A stretch of DNA of 64,000 nt from the human T2T-CHM13v2.0 reference genome, Homo sapiens (GCF_009914755.1 NC_060928.1), one strand, 5' to 3'; positions 31,781 to 49,760 are shown, counted from the stretch's first letter. Program-made: numbers and translations. Notes: generated from the sequence alone by a model not told the origin.

Positions 31781-32445
31781 CTACTTGGAAAAAGACTGAA
31801 TAACTCTATATTTTAACCTTCCACTTTTATTTCCATCTGTAAGTCAAAATGGAATAGCTCAGTAATGTTAAGAATTCCAGAATTCTGCCCTGGGGGGAAA
31901 AAGAGCCTTGGGTATAAATCATCAATACTTTATTTTCACATGAACATCAATAGTTGATTTAAAAAAAAATTTTTACATTGTTCCCTTATTGATCTTCGTC
32001 TTAAATGTAAGTTTTTTTGGAATCAAACCATAGTTTCTCAAGGATCTTTTAATTCTGAAATGCTAACCACCAACCAATCTCCACCCTACTAACTCAATAA
32101 CCAAAGGTACAATTACTTTCCCAGTATTAGGCAATTAAAATGTTTTATCATACTTCTATCCTACAATCAAAGGGGGGTGGGAGTGGGAAAGGAGTTGTCA
32201 AAAAACAGCAACAGGTGATCCAACAGCAGCAACTCTTTATTAACATAGGAGAGGTCACTGATTTTCCTGATAACAAAACCTGAACTGCTGTTGGTCTTAG
32301 ACTCTGACAGTTTCCAGAGTAGGAAGAATATCCAGTGATGCCAGAACAGGTTAAAACAAATTAATCTCAAACCCACTGTAATGCCTCTAGATTTGGGGGA
32401 TGATATAGGATTACAGTGCCTGTGATGCAGAATTATGGCATCTCA

Positions 32446-32773
<328 letters not shown>

Positions 32774-32848
32774 TCAATATCATGTCTCTACAAACAACAT
32801 GCACCTCAAACTCTAAACCCTTTCCACACTTGAGAACAAGCATCTTTA

Positions 32849-33073
32849 TTTTTATTTTATTTAAGTTCTGGGATACATGTGCAGAACGTGCAGGTTTGCT
32901 ACATAGGTATACATGTGCCATGGTGGTTTGCTGCACCCATCAACGCATCATCTAGGTTTTAAGCCCTGCACACATTAGGTATTTGTCCTAATGCTCTCCC
33001 TCCCCATTGCCCCCCACCCCCTGCCAGGCCACAGTGTGTGATGTTTCCCTCCCTGCGTCCATGTGTTCTCATT
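32849..33073 (-). mobile_element. 5'-truncated L1PA (3'UTR only, about 225 bp)
   Basis: Reverse L1PA 3'UTR; TSD ttgagaacaagcatcttta / ttgagaacaggcatcttta. Confidence 0.88.
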
Positions 33074-33488
33074 GAGAACAGGCATCTTTAATAGACAATG
33101 TCTACTTTAATTGGTCTAGTGGTTAGCCTTAGCTAAAAATGTATTTTTCAATAATATAATAAGCCAAAGTGTAGATTTTCTTTTTTTGTCTAATAAATGT
33201 CTAAGCAGTTAAATCGGGGCATAGGTTGTAATTTTTCTGATAGTTTTCTTCCTCTACTACTTAACACTTCAGAGTGTATAACTTCACTTTTCCTTTGATT
33301 ACTCTGTGATCATTTCTAGGTTTGAGTCATTTATCTTGCTTGAAATCTTAAATCAGATACCTCCATTAGAAAATCTGAAAATCTCCCCAACACCTTGTGG
33401 ATCAAGAAACCTGAGGCAAAAATTACATATCACATTATCATAATAAAAAATACACATATTTTGACCTAGTAATTCCACTGTTGGAACA

Positions 33489-33672
33489 TGCATTAGTCCG
33501 TTCTCACACTGCCATAAAAAACTGCCTGAGACTGGGTAATTTGTAAAGGAAAGAGTTTTTATTGACTTGCAGTTCCACAGGGCTGGGGAAGCCTCAGGAG
33601 ACTTACAATCACGGTGGAAGAAGAAGCAAACATGTCCTTCTTCACACGGTAGCAGAAAGGAGAAGTGCCAAG
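33489..33672 (-). mobile_element. Partial THE1/MST LTR within an L1M fragment (about 33400-33850)
   Basis: attagtccgttctcacactgccataaaaaactgcctgagactgggtaattt... Confidence 0.78.
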
Positions 33673-34951
33673 AAATGTCCTCTGACATGAAAATCGGTAA
33701 ATAAATTACAATGAACACAATACAGCCATGAAATGTACCAACGATCTCTGCATCAGGTGCTGACATAAAAGAACATCAAGATGCACGATTAAGTGAAAAA
33801 CATAAGGAGCAGGACAATATCTATGGTATGATCCAATTTGTGTACATTTTTTTAAAGGTTATGCGTCTATGTGATTATTACCATGTTAGAATTTCATTAA
33901 TCAACATACCACTTTCTTTCAGAAGCTATTAGAAAACCAACTTTAAATCCTCATTTCTAATATTTATGTCTTTCACATATTTTAAGTTGATATCTGGTGT
34001 CAAATAATCCTTGTGTTTTTTTAATTTAAAAAAATGATACCTTAAAAGTCTGAATGTTACTTAGACATTAACGCCTTTCACAGAGCTCTCCTCTGAGATC
34101 TGACATGCTAGCTGGAGCTTTTAGTCTAGTGGGGAATCAGACAATCAATAACTGAAAAAAGGACAGTAATAAATAAATTAAAACTAAAATACATAAGAAA
34201 GAAAAGTATTAGACATAAAAGCTAAACTTAATTTAGACTAGGATAAGGAAGACAGAGGACAGAGATAAGGCCTTTTTGGAGAAATAACATTTAGGCCTTC
34301 AGGCACGAAGTAACTTCCACAGCATTCTGTATCTAAAATGGTACCTAAAAATGACTAATAGTATCATATGATGATAATCTTGAACTCCTAGACTGAGAAA
34401 ATGCTACATGTTGCAGTGCGAAGCCTGTCTGTGCTGAAGACTTCATGGAAGAAACAGTAAGTGAGGAAAGTCTTGGAGCACAGAGAAGCTATCTTCGTGG
34501 ACAATATGATCCCCCGATAAACATGAGATGAGAGTGCACTCTACGGCTGCTGTCTCAACTCACCACCAATCCCCCTGATAAGTCAGAAAACTTCATCGCA
34601 AACAGATGTTCTGATTAAATGTTTGATAGGATCAGTTGGCTTCGATTCACTTTCAGAAGTACCCGCTTATTGTCTTAACTTGTAAACCTAAGCTTTTTAA
34701 ACATAAAAAAGATGGCTTTAAGGGTCTGAACGTTTCTTAGATAATAACTCCCTTGCTTTTCAGAGGTCTGACATGTTGGATACTGCTCAGCACTATCCTT
34801 GCATCTGGAGTGTGCAACTGGAAAAGAGCACACTTGCTCCAGTTACCTGGCACAGCAAAGAAATGTGGGGGGCCAAGTTTTAGAAACTAACCTGATAAAA
34901 ACCACCTGGCAGAGTGAGGCGTGAGGAGGGGTGGAGAGATTATAAGTAATA

Positions 34952-35222
34952 GGCTGGGGTCCATGGCTCACGCCTGTAATCCCAACACTTTGGAAGACCC
35001 AGGCAGGAGGATTGCCTAAGCTCAGGAGTTTGAGACTGGCTTGGCTAACATGGCGAAACCTGTCTCTACTAAAAACACAAAAATTAGCTGGGCGTGGTGG
35101 CAGCGCCTGTAGTCCCAGCTACTCAGGAGGCTGAGGCTGGAACCTGGGAGGCAGAGGTTGCAGAGAGCCAAGATTGCGCCACTGCACTCCAGCCTGGGTG
35201 ACAGAGCAAGACTCTGTCTCCA

Positions 35223-35262
<40 letters not shown>
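34952..35262 (+). mobile_element. Alu with (TAA)n microsatellite tail
   Basis: Alu dimer with a small deletion; about 13 TAA units at 35222-35262. Confidence 0.9.
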
Positions 35263-35559
35263 GGGACACTTGGTACCATAATGGATGTCAACTAGCATTT
35301 CCCAAAAGAAACAGAACACCTGGTTATAGAATTTATAACATTTTGAGATTCTGATGAAGATATCACACACTATTTTGTAAAAACAAGCAGGATTTATGTC
35401 ACTTAAGCTACCTTTTTTTTTTTCTTTGAGATATAAAGACTTCATCTCCTTGGCACTACTAATAGCCTCGACCCCATCAAGGCCAGAGAGAAAGGCAGTT
35501 ACTGCTTGCTCCAGCCCATCTCCCAGACTAAACAATGCAAGGCTTCAATGCTGGCTGAC

Positions 35560-35790
35560 CAGTACTTGACTCTGTGCGAGCACTGCACTGGATGCTGCCA
35601 TGGTATTTCACATTTACAGAACTTGATTGAGCCCCTAGATTATGGAATTTGATTCTCCCTACACCTCATGGGGCACCATTATCCCTGTTTTATAGACAAA
35701 GAAACAGGCACAGAGAGGGCAGAGGACTGGCCCAAGGTCTCACAGTTACTAAGTAGCAGAATCTTCTGTCTACAGCTCAGTGCCTTTTAC
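35560..35790 (-). mobile_element. MIR
   Basis: attatccctgttttatagacaaagaaacaggcacagagagg...cccaaggtctcacagttactaagt. Confidence 0.7.
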
Positions 35791-36683
35791 CTGATAGCTG
35801 ATCCTGAAAACTCACTGGGCTTTCATTTAGGATAGTGTTTCTCTGCCTGGCTGGAAATGACAATCACCTGGAAGCACTAAGGCAATTCTAACACCTAGGA
35901 GTCATCTCATAACAACTGGCTCAGAATCTTGACTTGGGAGCCCCTGTGGGTCCTAGCTCCCCAGCTGTGGATTAGGGACACCTTTGGAGACCCCACCGTG
36001 CAAGATGCCTTCTGGCCTGTTCTCCCTCTACAACCCCACTCCATGAGCCTGGGGATGACACTGCTTAGGCAGCTGATAAAGAACGGTGCCTTTCTGTACA
36101 TCCCTGGTGTCCTAGATGAGAACCCTTCTCCTGGAATTTTAAACCTAAAGAGGTGTACTAAATTCTACAAAATTAATTACTGGTGGGTATGCTTTCTTCC
36201 CTTGCCTTTTCTTCTTCACTCAACTATGGAAGAGATGCCACAACGCATTCCTGTGGAGGCTCAGCCATGCCAAATGAATACTGATTTCAACTACAAATGG
36301 AAAGAACAGTGTGCTGGTTTCTGGACTTTTCTAATAGGAACAAAGAACAAAGTTCTACCAATAGTGACCTCAATTAAGCAGAGCAGAAAATTAAAATGAT
36401 GCTTATATGAACCAAAAAGAAACTGGAATACATGTATTCACAGTAAAGATTAATGTTGAAGCCAAAAAACTCACCAGGATCACAAAAGTGGTTAGTCATC
36501 TTGTTTCTACAGAAAACTTTGTTCCTTTGAGAAAACTATTAATCTCTTTCAGGGCATTATCAAATTATTAGGACAGTGACAATTCCAGTGCAACGATAAT
36601 AGCAGTGCTCCATTAACTCCATCTCACAGTCCTAGGTAGGTTTCACGTTCTCATGAGGAAACCAAACATTTTTCCTGGGGGAA

Positions 36684-37035
36684 AAAATCTCACGTTGAAC
36701 TGTAATCCCCAGTGTTGGAGGAGGGGCCTGCTGGGAGGTGATTGGAGGGGTGGACTTCCCCCTTGCCGTTCTTGTGATAGTGAGTGAGTCCTCACGAGAT
36801 CTGGTTGTTTAAAGTGTGTAGCACCTCACCCTTGGCTCTCTTCCTCTTTCTTCGGCCAGTAAGATATGCCTGCTTCCCCAGTCGCCTCCACCATGATTGT
36901 AAGTTTCCTGAGGCCTCCCCAGCCATGCTTCCTGTACAGCCTGCGGAACTGTTGAGTCAATTAAACCTCTTTTTTTTTATAAATTAATCAGCCTCAGGTA
37001 GCTCTTTGTAGCAATGTAAGAAGGGACGAATAAAG
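36684..37035 (+). mobile_element. MaLR LTR (MSTA-like)
   Basis: aaatctcacgttgaactgtaatccccagtgttggagg...ccatgattgtaagtttcctgaggcctccccagcc. Confidence 0.85.
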
Positions 37036-38286
37036 ATAATTAATGCAAATTTCATTGGGAGAGCACTTGAACCATGATATATAACATTATCTGTATAGAG
37101 TCTTCCCCCAACCCAACTAACTAAAAACCAGGGAGGGAAAAAAGTCATTTTGACCCTCAGTATTCCACATCCTTAAAATGAGGGGACTGGAAATACTCCT
37201 TATGATTCCAGCTCTAAACTGTGAACTGCAAGGAAGGGAGGTAGCAGAGTCATAAGCTCCGGCTCTTCCATATGCCCAGTTCCTTCCTTTGGGTTCATTA
37301 ACCTAAAGATCCATTCCATCTTTACAATCTTTTAAAGATCACATTGTTCTTTTTTCCAAAGATGTTCATAGTTGTCCACAGTAACTGAATTATTATTAGC
37401 ACAAAGCATACCAAAGAAGGTAAATGTAATGAAGTCATTTCACACATACTTGTAAGCACTCAGGTGATAGGCCCTGTGCTATACCTTACTCCTCACTGAA
37501 AAGAGCTTTGTTTTTTTCTTTCCATGTTTAGTTATTTTTACTGGAGCAAGTATGTGTATGCTCTGGAACTTAGGTCATTTGAAAGTGTGAACTGTGAAGT
37601 GTCTGGTCACGATATGCCACTACAGTGAGGGCAAATCACCTTCTTTTCAGGCAGGGGGACAAAGCTTCAGTTTCAGAACCAGCAGGGGGGATTCCTCCAT
37701 GGCTGGCTCCCCCTCTCCCGCCCAGCCTTCCCTCCACAGTTTCCTCCACCGCTCCCTCCCGGAACTTGGCCAAGATCCACTGCCTGCTCAGAAGGATGCC
37801 AGGCGTCTAAGCACCACTCCAGAGCACTGGAGCAAGGGGTTTTGTGTTTTAAAAGATTGCTCAAATACCACCACTGAAAAGAGATGGTATGAAAAGATAC
37901 TCCTTTCTAAATCACATCTTTCGTTGATAAATATATTTTAAATACAGGGATATACAGACCTCCAGGGAAGTTTCAGGAGGATTTTCCAAAAGATTTCAGG
38001 GCCTGCAATATCTGGTGAACTCTTTGGCTGATAACTTCATAACGTGAGAAGGGCGGAGCCAGCCTCCTCCTCACCTGGATCCTTTGTATGAGAAATACAG
38101 TAGTTCACAAATGAAATCAATCCACCAGCGTGAGATCAGTGAGACAGATATCAGCTGAAGCCTGTTGACTGACAGCCGTCAACTTGCTGGAGCACCTAAC
38201 TCCTAGCAGCTGACCAGCACACTCTCAGAACATTGAGTCTGCCAGCTTTAAATAAAAAAATTAAGTGGCACCTGTAAAAATCCTTT

Positions 38287-38573
38287 GGCCAGGCGCAGTG
38301 GCTCACACCTGTAATCCCAGCACTTTGGGAGGCCGAGGCGTGTGGATCATGAGGTCAAGAGATCGAGACCATCCTGGCCAACACGGCGAAACGCTGTCTC
38401 TACTAAAAATACAAAAATTAGCTGGGTATGGTGGCACATGCCTGTAATCCCAGGTACTTGGGAGGCTGAGGCAGGAGAATAGCTTGAACTAGGGAGTCAG
38501 AGGTTGCAGTGAGCCAAGATCGCACCAATGTACTCCAGCCTGGTGACAGAGAGAGACTCCGTCTCAAAAAAAA
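38287..38573 (+). mobile_element. Alu (Sc-type)
   Basis: gaggtcaagagatcgagaccatcctggcc; TSD aaaaatccttt. Confidence 0.92.
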
Positions 38574-40192
38574 TCCTTTGTACTAGTATTTCTAGAAATC
38601 ATGGGAATTTATCTGCCAGGTGAAACTCACTAGTAGGCTCTTTAGTTGCAAGGTCTTATACATGGTGCCCAGATGGGCCACCCTCCAAATGTGCCACACT
38701 GGCAACAGTTGGCAGTGACTATGTTGCCGAGTTCATCTGCTTCTTCAAGAGAAATCCCAGTGAAAAACCCTGGGAGCACTTTTATCTCTGACCTGTGGCC
38801 AGTTCAGCAGCTCTTGAAGTCTCCAAGATGCTGGCATGGTTGCTCAGACATTTGAGAATCTCCAAATGGCCTTCTCTGGGGTCCTCTCATCTCCATTTCA
38901 GGAACTTCCTGTTCCTCAAAGGCAGCCTGAAAGTTGTCACCCTATTGTACTTCAAAGCCCTAATCAAAGCCTTCCAGAGTCCTGTGAAATAAGGCAACAA
39001 GAAGTCCTGGCCCCAATTTAATCACGAAATGATTTTGAAAATGAGAATCATACACAGATAAGCTAATTTTTATATATGTGTATACAACTGATTTAAGAAG
39101 AAAAATTAACTCTGTGGTTTGTGAATCTGGAAGAGTTAGGAACATGCTTAAACTCTCGTACCTATTCTACTGATTTCCGTGCATTTCATCCTTACAATTT
39201 TTTTAAGGTCAATCTGCTAGAATGTAATGATACAATTCTGGTAATTTTCAAAATGAGAAATCTATGTATACCTTTATCATCTCCATACCACACGTGCCGC
39301 CAAGCTCATAGGGCTGATAGCGGGCACACACTGGACTGCTGCCTGGCTTGGCATTCTACCAGTACTGTCCCAGGAGCAGAGCTCACTCTTTTCACAGAGG
39401 CATTTTTTTTTTTAACCTCAGGGTAGGAAAAACATAAAATATCATTAAGTGTGTTCTCACAAATTATCTTAAGTGTCTTTGGGGAAAAAGTCTGAAAGTG
39501 GGTTGTGCCTGTGGAATAACCTTGGGCCCTTAAGCACCAATGAATAACGCAAACTCAGTGGGTATTTGTGAGCTATGACATTTATGATTATTAAGCAGGG
39601 TTTCATAATAAAGGTTTCAAAAAGTCTGTGGTATTTCTTGCTTCACAGATTCCCAGACTACTGAATTTTCCTAATGGCCTCATAGCTGAACTCCCCAGGA
39701 AGTCTCTACATTTCCTCCAAGGAGAACGTATTTTTCTCCCTTCACTATGAAATGTAAGCATTGAGGAACAAGGAAAATTCCTTCCACCGCTGCCCCTGAC
39801 CTCACAGCCAGTCCAGCAGAGAGGATGGAGCCCTTGATGCTTTAGGGCTTTCCTGTCTTCTGAAGGAAAAGCCGGTTTCCATCTGAAGTGTGAGAGGGGA
39901 AATAAAAAGACCACCGCTGGAAGATAATTGGTTTATCTCTCTCACTTTCTGGCTTATTCCTTATTCTTGTTCTATTCTTTTCCCATAGTCCATGGCCCTT
40001 CCAAACTTTAGGTTACAAAATACAGATTTGTCTCCTCCTTCTCTGCAAAACAAAATCCCATAATTCCTCAATTAGATATTAGGAGAAGACAAATGCAATG
40101 GGAGCAGGGAATGGCTGAAACTCCTTTGTCCTTCCTGGGGTATTACATAAATTTTCAACCAACAGAATTGCAGACAGCCCAGGTTCTAAATA

Positions 40193-40490
40193 TAGTAATT
40201 CCTCAATATCAGGGAGACTTGTCCCAGGAACTCCCCAGGATACCAAAATCTGAGGATGCTCAAGTCTCTGATATGAAATGGCTTGGTATTTGCACATAAC
40301 CTGTGTCCATCTTCCCATATACTTTAAAACATCTCCAGGATTACTTATAATAACACAATGTACATGCAATGTAAATAGTTGTTATACAGTATTTTAAAGT
40401 AATTTGTATTGTTGTCTTTATTTTTTTTCCTCCAAACCAAGCTTGGTTGAATCTGCAGATGCAGAACCTATAGATATGGAGGGCTGACTG
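40193..40490 (+). mobile_element. MER2 (Tigger-family non-autonomous element)
   Basis: ggataccaaaatctgaggatgctcaagtc...ttggttgaatctgcagatgcagaacc...gagggctgactg|ta. Confidence 0.82.
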
Positions 40491-40999
40491 TAATTTCAGC
40501 CAGGGGAGGGTCATGAGATTTTAATTATTTATTCAAGCAATATTTCCTGAACATTTTATATGTGCCAGGCATTATTTCAGGTAAGGAAGGAGGGACCTGA
40601 AATTTTAAGACCTGGAGAACTTTAGAAATGATGTGGATAAGACATTAGGTACTGGGGACATAGCAGTAAACTCTGATAGGAATCACATTTGTTGGAGCTT
40701 ATATCTTAAATGAGGGCAATAGATAGTATGTCAGGAAATATATATTATAGTACGCCAGATGGTGATAAGGAGTGTGTGGAGTGCTGGGTGGGAGTACAGT
40801 GTGCTGTTTTATTACATAATAAACATTTTTTAAAACTTATAGGCAGGAAGAACTCAATAATATGACGACACTTGAGCAGAGGCATCAAGGAAGTGGGTAA
40901 GCCCTGCGCTGGCTCTCCTTCCCGTAACTGGCCTTGGCACTCCATTGCATCCTCAAGTGTGCCCTGTTCCTTCATCTCCTGGAGCTGGAACTGTGATCC

Positions 41000-41860
41000 A
41001 GAATATGTAAAGAACAATTACAACTTAATAACAAATAACTCTATTAAAAAATGAGCAACAAAGGTAAATAGATGTTACTCCAGAGATAATACACAAATAA
41101 TGAATCAAAAGCATATGAAAAGATGCTCAACCTCACTGATCATTAGAAAATGAAAATAATGAGGTATCACGTCACAGTCATTAGGATGGCTACTATCAAA
41201 AAAATGAAAAATAATTACTGTTAGGATGTGGAAAAATTGGAACCCATGTGCACTGTTGGAGGGAATATAAAATGGCTCTATGGCTATTGAAAACAGTATG
41301 GCAGTTTCTTAAAAAGAAATAGAATTGCCACATGATTCAGCAATTTCACTTCTGGGTGTGTATTCAAAAGAATTAGAAAAAGGATTTAGAGGAGTTCCTT
41401 GTACACACATGCTCAAAACAGCAGCATTATTCACAATTGGCAACAGATGAAAGCAACCTAAATGTATCAATGGATGAATGGATAAAAAAAATGTGGTATA
41501 TATACAATGAAATATTACTAAGCCTTGAAAAGAAGATTATGACATATACTACAAAGTGGAAGAACCTGGAGGACATTATGCTAAGTGACATAAGCCAGTC
41601 ACAAAAAGACAAATACTGTATGATTCTGCTTATGAGGTATCTAAAGCAGTCAAATTCATAGATACAGAAACTAGAATGGTGGTTGTTGGGTTAGGGGGAG
41701 GCAGAAATGAGGAGTTTTCACTTAATGGGTACAGTTTCAGTTTTATAAGATGAAAAAGTTCTAAAAATTGGTTGCACAACAATGAATATATGTAACACTA
41801 CTGAACTATACACATAAAATGGTTAAGAGGATAAATCTTGTTATCCATTTTTCACCACCA
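41000..41860 (+). mobile_element. Old L1 3' fragment (L1MA/L1MB-type)
   Basis: ORF2 C-terminal remnant (MDEWIKKMWYIY...WKNLEDIMLSDISQSQKDKY) followed by an L1MB-like 3'UTR. Confidence 0.85.
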
Positions 41861-42897
41861 CCACCACAGCAGCACAAAAAGATCCCTGGAAGATGGCCTT
41901 AAATGTCTCTAACTCTAAACTCCTATTCCTTAAAGAATCACTTCCATATACCAATTAAATGGATTTTCAAGTTAATGACTTGTAAAATGTTGGGACAAAA
42001 AAAAGTCCAAATGTAGGTGACATGTGCTTTTGATGAAAATGCTAAAATAACTTCCTGAAACACATCAAAGTTTCCAACAATGAAGAGTTGATACCCTGAA
42101 ACAATTTGACCAAAACTTGAATAGGCATAGTGATGTTGCATTGTAGTATTATGGCACACAGTGGGTAATAGCAAGCTGATGAGAAAAACCGAACTCCATT
42201 TTCACACAGTCACAGCTAGCATCCTGACAGACAGATGTGAAGAAATTGCTTGATAATGACTCAGTACTTGAATCTATAAATTGAATCTTTTTATAGGTAA
42301 AAATAAAAGTATTAGTGATAAGTGCTGAAGAAAAGAGATAAACATTAGTGCAAGTGTTCTTCAGACAAAATTATATGAAGCATGAGACGGTGCAGCTGAA
42401 ACCAGAACTATTCTCTACAATTTACTGTATATAACTGTACAGTTATACATTCCATGGTGATGTTTTAGTCAAGCACAAATCACATATACAATGGTGGTCC
42501 TATATAATAATAGAACACACAGAGAAAACTGCTTTGTGGCACTTGCTTTTGGCAGTGCAGATCAAGTAGGAGAAATGATTCATATTCAGTAATGGTCCTA
42601 GGACACTTGCTTTTCCATATGAAAAAAATATGTAAATAAAAATATATACCCTCTAGGTTTGTGGAAGTACACAAGGATAAAGTCACCTAGCGAGGTGGAG
42701 CCAAGAAGGTCAAATAAGAACAGCTCCAGTCTACAGCTCCCAGTGTGAGCAATGCAGAAGATGGGTGATTTCTGCATTTCCAACTGAGGAACCGGGTTCA
42801 TCTCACTGGGGAGTGTTGGAAAGTGGGTGCAAGACAGTGGGTGCAGCGCACCGAGTGTGAGCCGAAGCAGGGCGAGGCATAACCTCACCCAGGAAGC

Positions 42898-43143
42898 TCA
42901 AGGGGTCAGGGAACTCCCTTTCCTAGTCAAAGAAAGGGGTGACAGACAGCACCTGGAAAATCGGGTCACTCCCACCCTAATACTGTGCTTTTCCAATGGT
43001 CTTAGCAAACGGCACACTAGGAGATTATATCCCGTGACTGGCTCGGAGGGTCCTACGCCCACAGAGCCTCGCTCATTGCTAGCACAGCAGTCTGAGATCA
43101 AACTGCAAGGCCGCAGCGAGGCTGGGAGAGGGGCGCCTGCCAT
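42898..43143 (-). CDS. L1 antisense ORF0 (81 aa), open; expression unknown
   Basis: MAGAPLPASLRPCSLISDCCASNERGSVGVGPSEP...IRVGVTRFSR matches primate L1 ORF0 (MAGAPPPASLPPCSLISDCCASN...). Kozak context GCAATGG. Confidence 0.75.
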   Translation of the reverse strand: MAGAPLPASLRPCSLISDCCASNERGSVGVGPSEPVTGYNLLVCRLLRPLEKHSIRVGVTRFSRCCLSPLSLTRKGSSLTP

Positions 43144-43722
43144 TGCTGAGGCTTGAGTAGGTAAACAAAGCAGCCAGCCAGGAAGCTCGAACTGGGTGGA
43201 GCCAACCGCAGCTCAAGGAGGCCTGCCTGCCTCTGTAGACTCCACCTCTGGGGGCAGGGCATAGCCAAACAAAAGGCAGCAGAATCCTCTGCAGACTTAA
43301 ATGTCCCTGTCTGACAGCTTTGAAGAGAGTAGTGGTTCTCCCAGCACGCAGCTGGAGATCTGAGAATGGACAGACTGTCTCCTCAAGTGGGTCCCTGACC
43401 CCCGAGTAGCCTAACTAGGAGGCACCCCCCAGTAGGGACAGACTGACACCTCACACAGCCGGGTGCTCCTCTGAGATAAAACTTCCAGAGGAATGATCAG
43501 GCAGCAATATTTGCTGGTCACCAATATCCGCTGTTCTGCAGCCTCCACTGCTGATACCCAGGCAAACAGGGTCTGGAGTGGACCTCCAGCAAACTCCAAC
43601 AGACCTGCAGCTGTGGGTCCTGACTGTTAGAAGGAAAACTAACAAACAGAAAGGACATCCACACCAAAACTCCATCTGTATGTCACCATCGTCAAAGACC
43701 AAAGGTAGATAAAACCACAAAG

Positions 43723-44739
43723 ACGGGGAAAAAACAGAGCAGAAAAACTGGAAACTCTAAAAATCAGAGCACCTCTCCTCCCCCAAAGGAACGCAACTCC
43801 TCACCAGCAATGGAACAAAGCTGGACGGACAATGACTTTGACGAGTTGAGATAAGAAGGCTTCAGACGATCAAACTACTCCGAGCTAAAGGAGGAAGTTC
43901 GAACCCATGGCAAAGAAGTTAAAAACCTTGAAAAAAAATTAGACGAAAGGCTAACTAGAATAACTAATGCAGAGAAGTCCTTAAAGGACCTGATGGAGCT
44001 GAAAACCAAGGCATGAGAACTACGTGATGAATGCACAAGCCTCAGTAGCCAATTTGATCAACTGGAAGAAACGGTATCAGAGATAGAAGATCAAATGGAT
44101 GAAATAAAGCAAGAAGAGAACTTTAGAGAAAAAAGAATAAAAAGAAATGAACAAAGCCTCCAAGAAATACGGGACTATGTGAAAAGACCAAATCTACATC
44201 TGATTGGTGTACCTGAAAGTGACAGGGAGAATGGAACCAAGTTGGAAAACACTCTGCAGGATATTATCCAGGAGAACTTCCCAAATCTAGCAAGGCAGGA
44301 CAACATTCATATTCAGGAAATACAGAGAACGCCACAAAGATACTCCTCAAGAAGAGCAACTCCAAGACACATAATTGTCAGATTCACCAAAGTTGACATG
44401 AAGGAAAAAATGTTAAGGGCAGCCAGAGAGAAAGGTTGGGTTATCCACGAAGGGAAGCCCATGAGACTAACAGCTGACCTCTTGGCAGAAACTCTACAAG
44501 CCAGAAGAGAGTGGGGGCCAATATTCAACATTCTTAAAGAAAAGAATTTTCAACCCAGAATTTCATATCCAGCCAAACTAAGCTTCATAAGTGAAGGAGA
44601 AATAAAATACTTTACAGACAAGCAAATGCTGAGAGATTTTGTCACCATCAGGCCTGCCCTAAAAGAGCTCCTGAAGGAAGCACTAAACATGGAAAGGAAC
44701 AACCAGTACCAGCCACTGCAAAAACATGCCAAATTGTAA
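43723..44739 (+). pseudogene. L1 ORF1p, disabled
   Basis: 1017 nt span (338 codons plus stop). Start ATG changed to ACG at 43723; in-frame stops TAA 43852 and TGA 44014. C-terminal RPNLHLIGVPE...YPAKLSF recognisable. Confidence 0.93.
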
Positions 44740-44802
44740 AGACCATTGAGGCTAGGAAGAAACTGCATCAACTAATGAGCAAAATAACCAGCTAACATCA
44801 TA

Positions 44803-48630
<3,828 letters not shown>

Positions 48631-49159
48631 ACAATGAGAACACATGGACACAGGAAGGGGAACATCACACACCAGGGCCTGTTGTGGGGTGGGGGTAGGG
48701 AGGAGGGGTAGCATTAGGAGATATACCTAATGTTAAATGATGAGTTAATGGGTGCAGCACACCAACATGGCACATGTATACATATGTAACAAACCTGCAC
48801 ATTGTGCACATGTACCCTAAAACTCAAAGTATAATAAAAAAATAAATAAAAAATCACCTAGCAACATACTTCTCAGGGTGCTTTTCTCACAGCGCATCCC
48901 TGTCAAGGGACGCATGACTGTGTATGATAGGCCATGTGTGTTTTCATTAGAGAATATGGACTCAACAATTATCCACAAACGCTTTTAACAGCTCCATAGA
49001 AATCTCAAATTAAGACATTATTACTTGTAAGTATCAGAACTAGTGAATGTTAACTGAAGATGGAGACAAGAATCTAGTGCCCAACATGAGCAAAACAAGA
49101 GAACACAGGTATCCTTTTAGGGAATTCTGATTTAATTAGGTTGTTTCTCTCTGGGTTTA

Positions 49160-49760
49160 TTCACTTAAAAAAAAAGCAAACTTTTTCTATGCCGACTACA
49201 TACTAGGTTCTTCATATCAAGTGATTAAGAAAAAGACAAATCAATTTTCACAAAACCCATATTCTAGTGAGGGAGACTGATGAATACATTAAAAATAGCT
49301 TACTAATTTCAGGTAGTAAGTGCCACAGGATAACAAAACCAGGTAAAGTGATAATGGACTAGGGATGAGGGCAAGAAGGTCGTCTTCTGACATGAAAGAA
49401 GTCCTCTCAGAAGCGGGGACATGTGATCTGATAACTGATCAATGAAAAGGGGCCAGGCTGGCCAAGACCTAGAGAAGAACATACCAGGTAGAGGGATAAA
49501 TCACTAAGCACTAATCAGCTGGGCACGCTTGGTACGAGCCCAGAGGCTGGCGGTGATGGGGACTAAAGAGAGACATGGTTTAACAGGTGGGCATGGACTA
49601 CAGCTTATAGGGCCTTTGAGGATCCTGACACAGAGATAGTAATAATTATACAATTCATTTTATTCTAACTGCACTGTACAAGCATTGGTAGGTTTTAAGC
49701 AGGTAATGACATGATTTGTATTTTTAATAATACAGGCTGCTGTGTGGTGAAAGGACTGTA
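49160..49760 (-). mobile_element. L2 fragment
   Basis: attctagtgagggagac...aagtcctctcagaag...ggttttaagcaggtaatgacatgatttg. Confidence 0.6.

Noticed and set aside
35929-36399. 156-aa plus-strand ORF
   Set aside because: Non-ATG start, no recognisable homology, antisense within an intron.
43025-43045. First ORF0 splice donor known from L1HS (CCAG|GTGTGG)
   Set aside because: Here it reads CCAG|TCACGG, with no GT; only the donor at 42953/42952 is usable.
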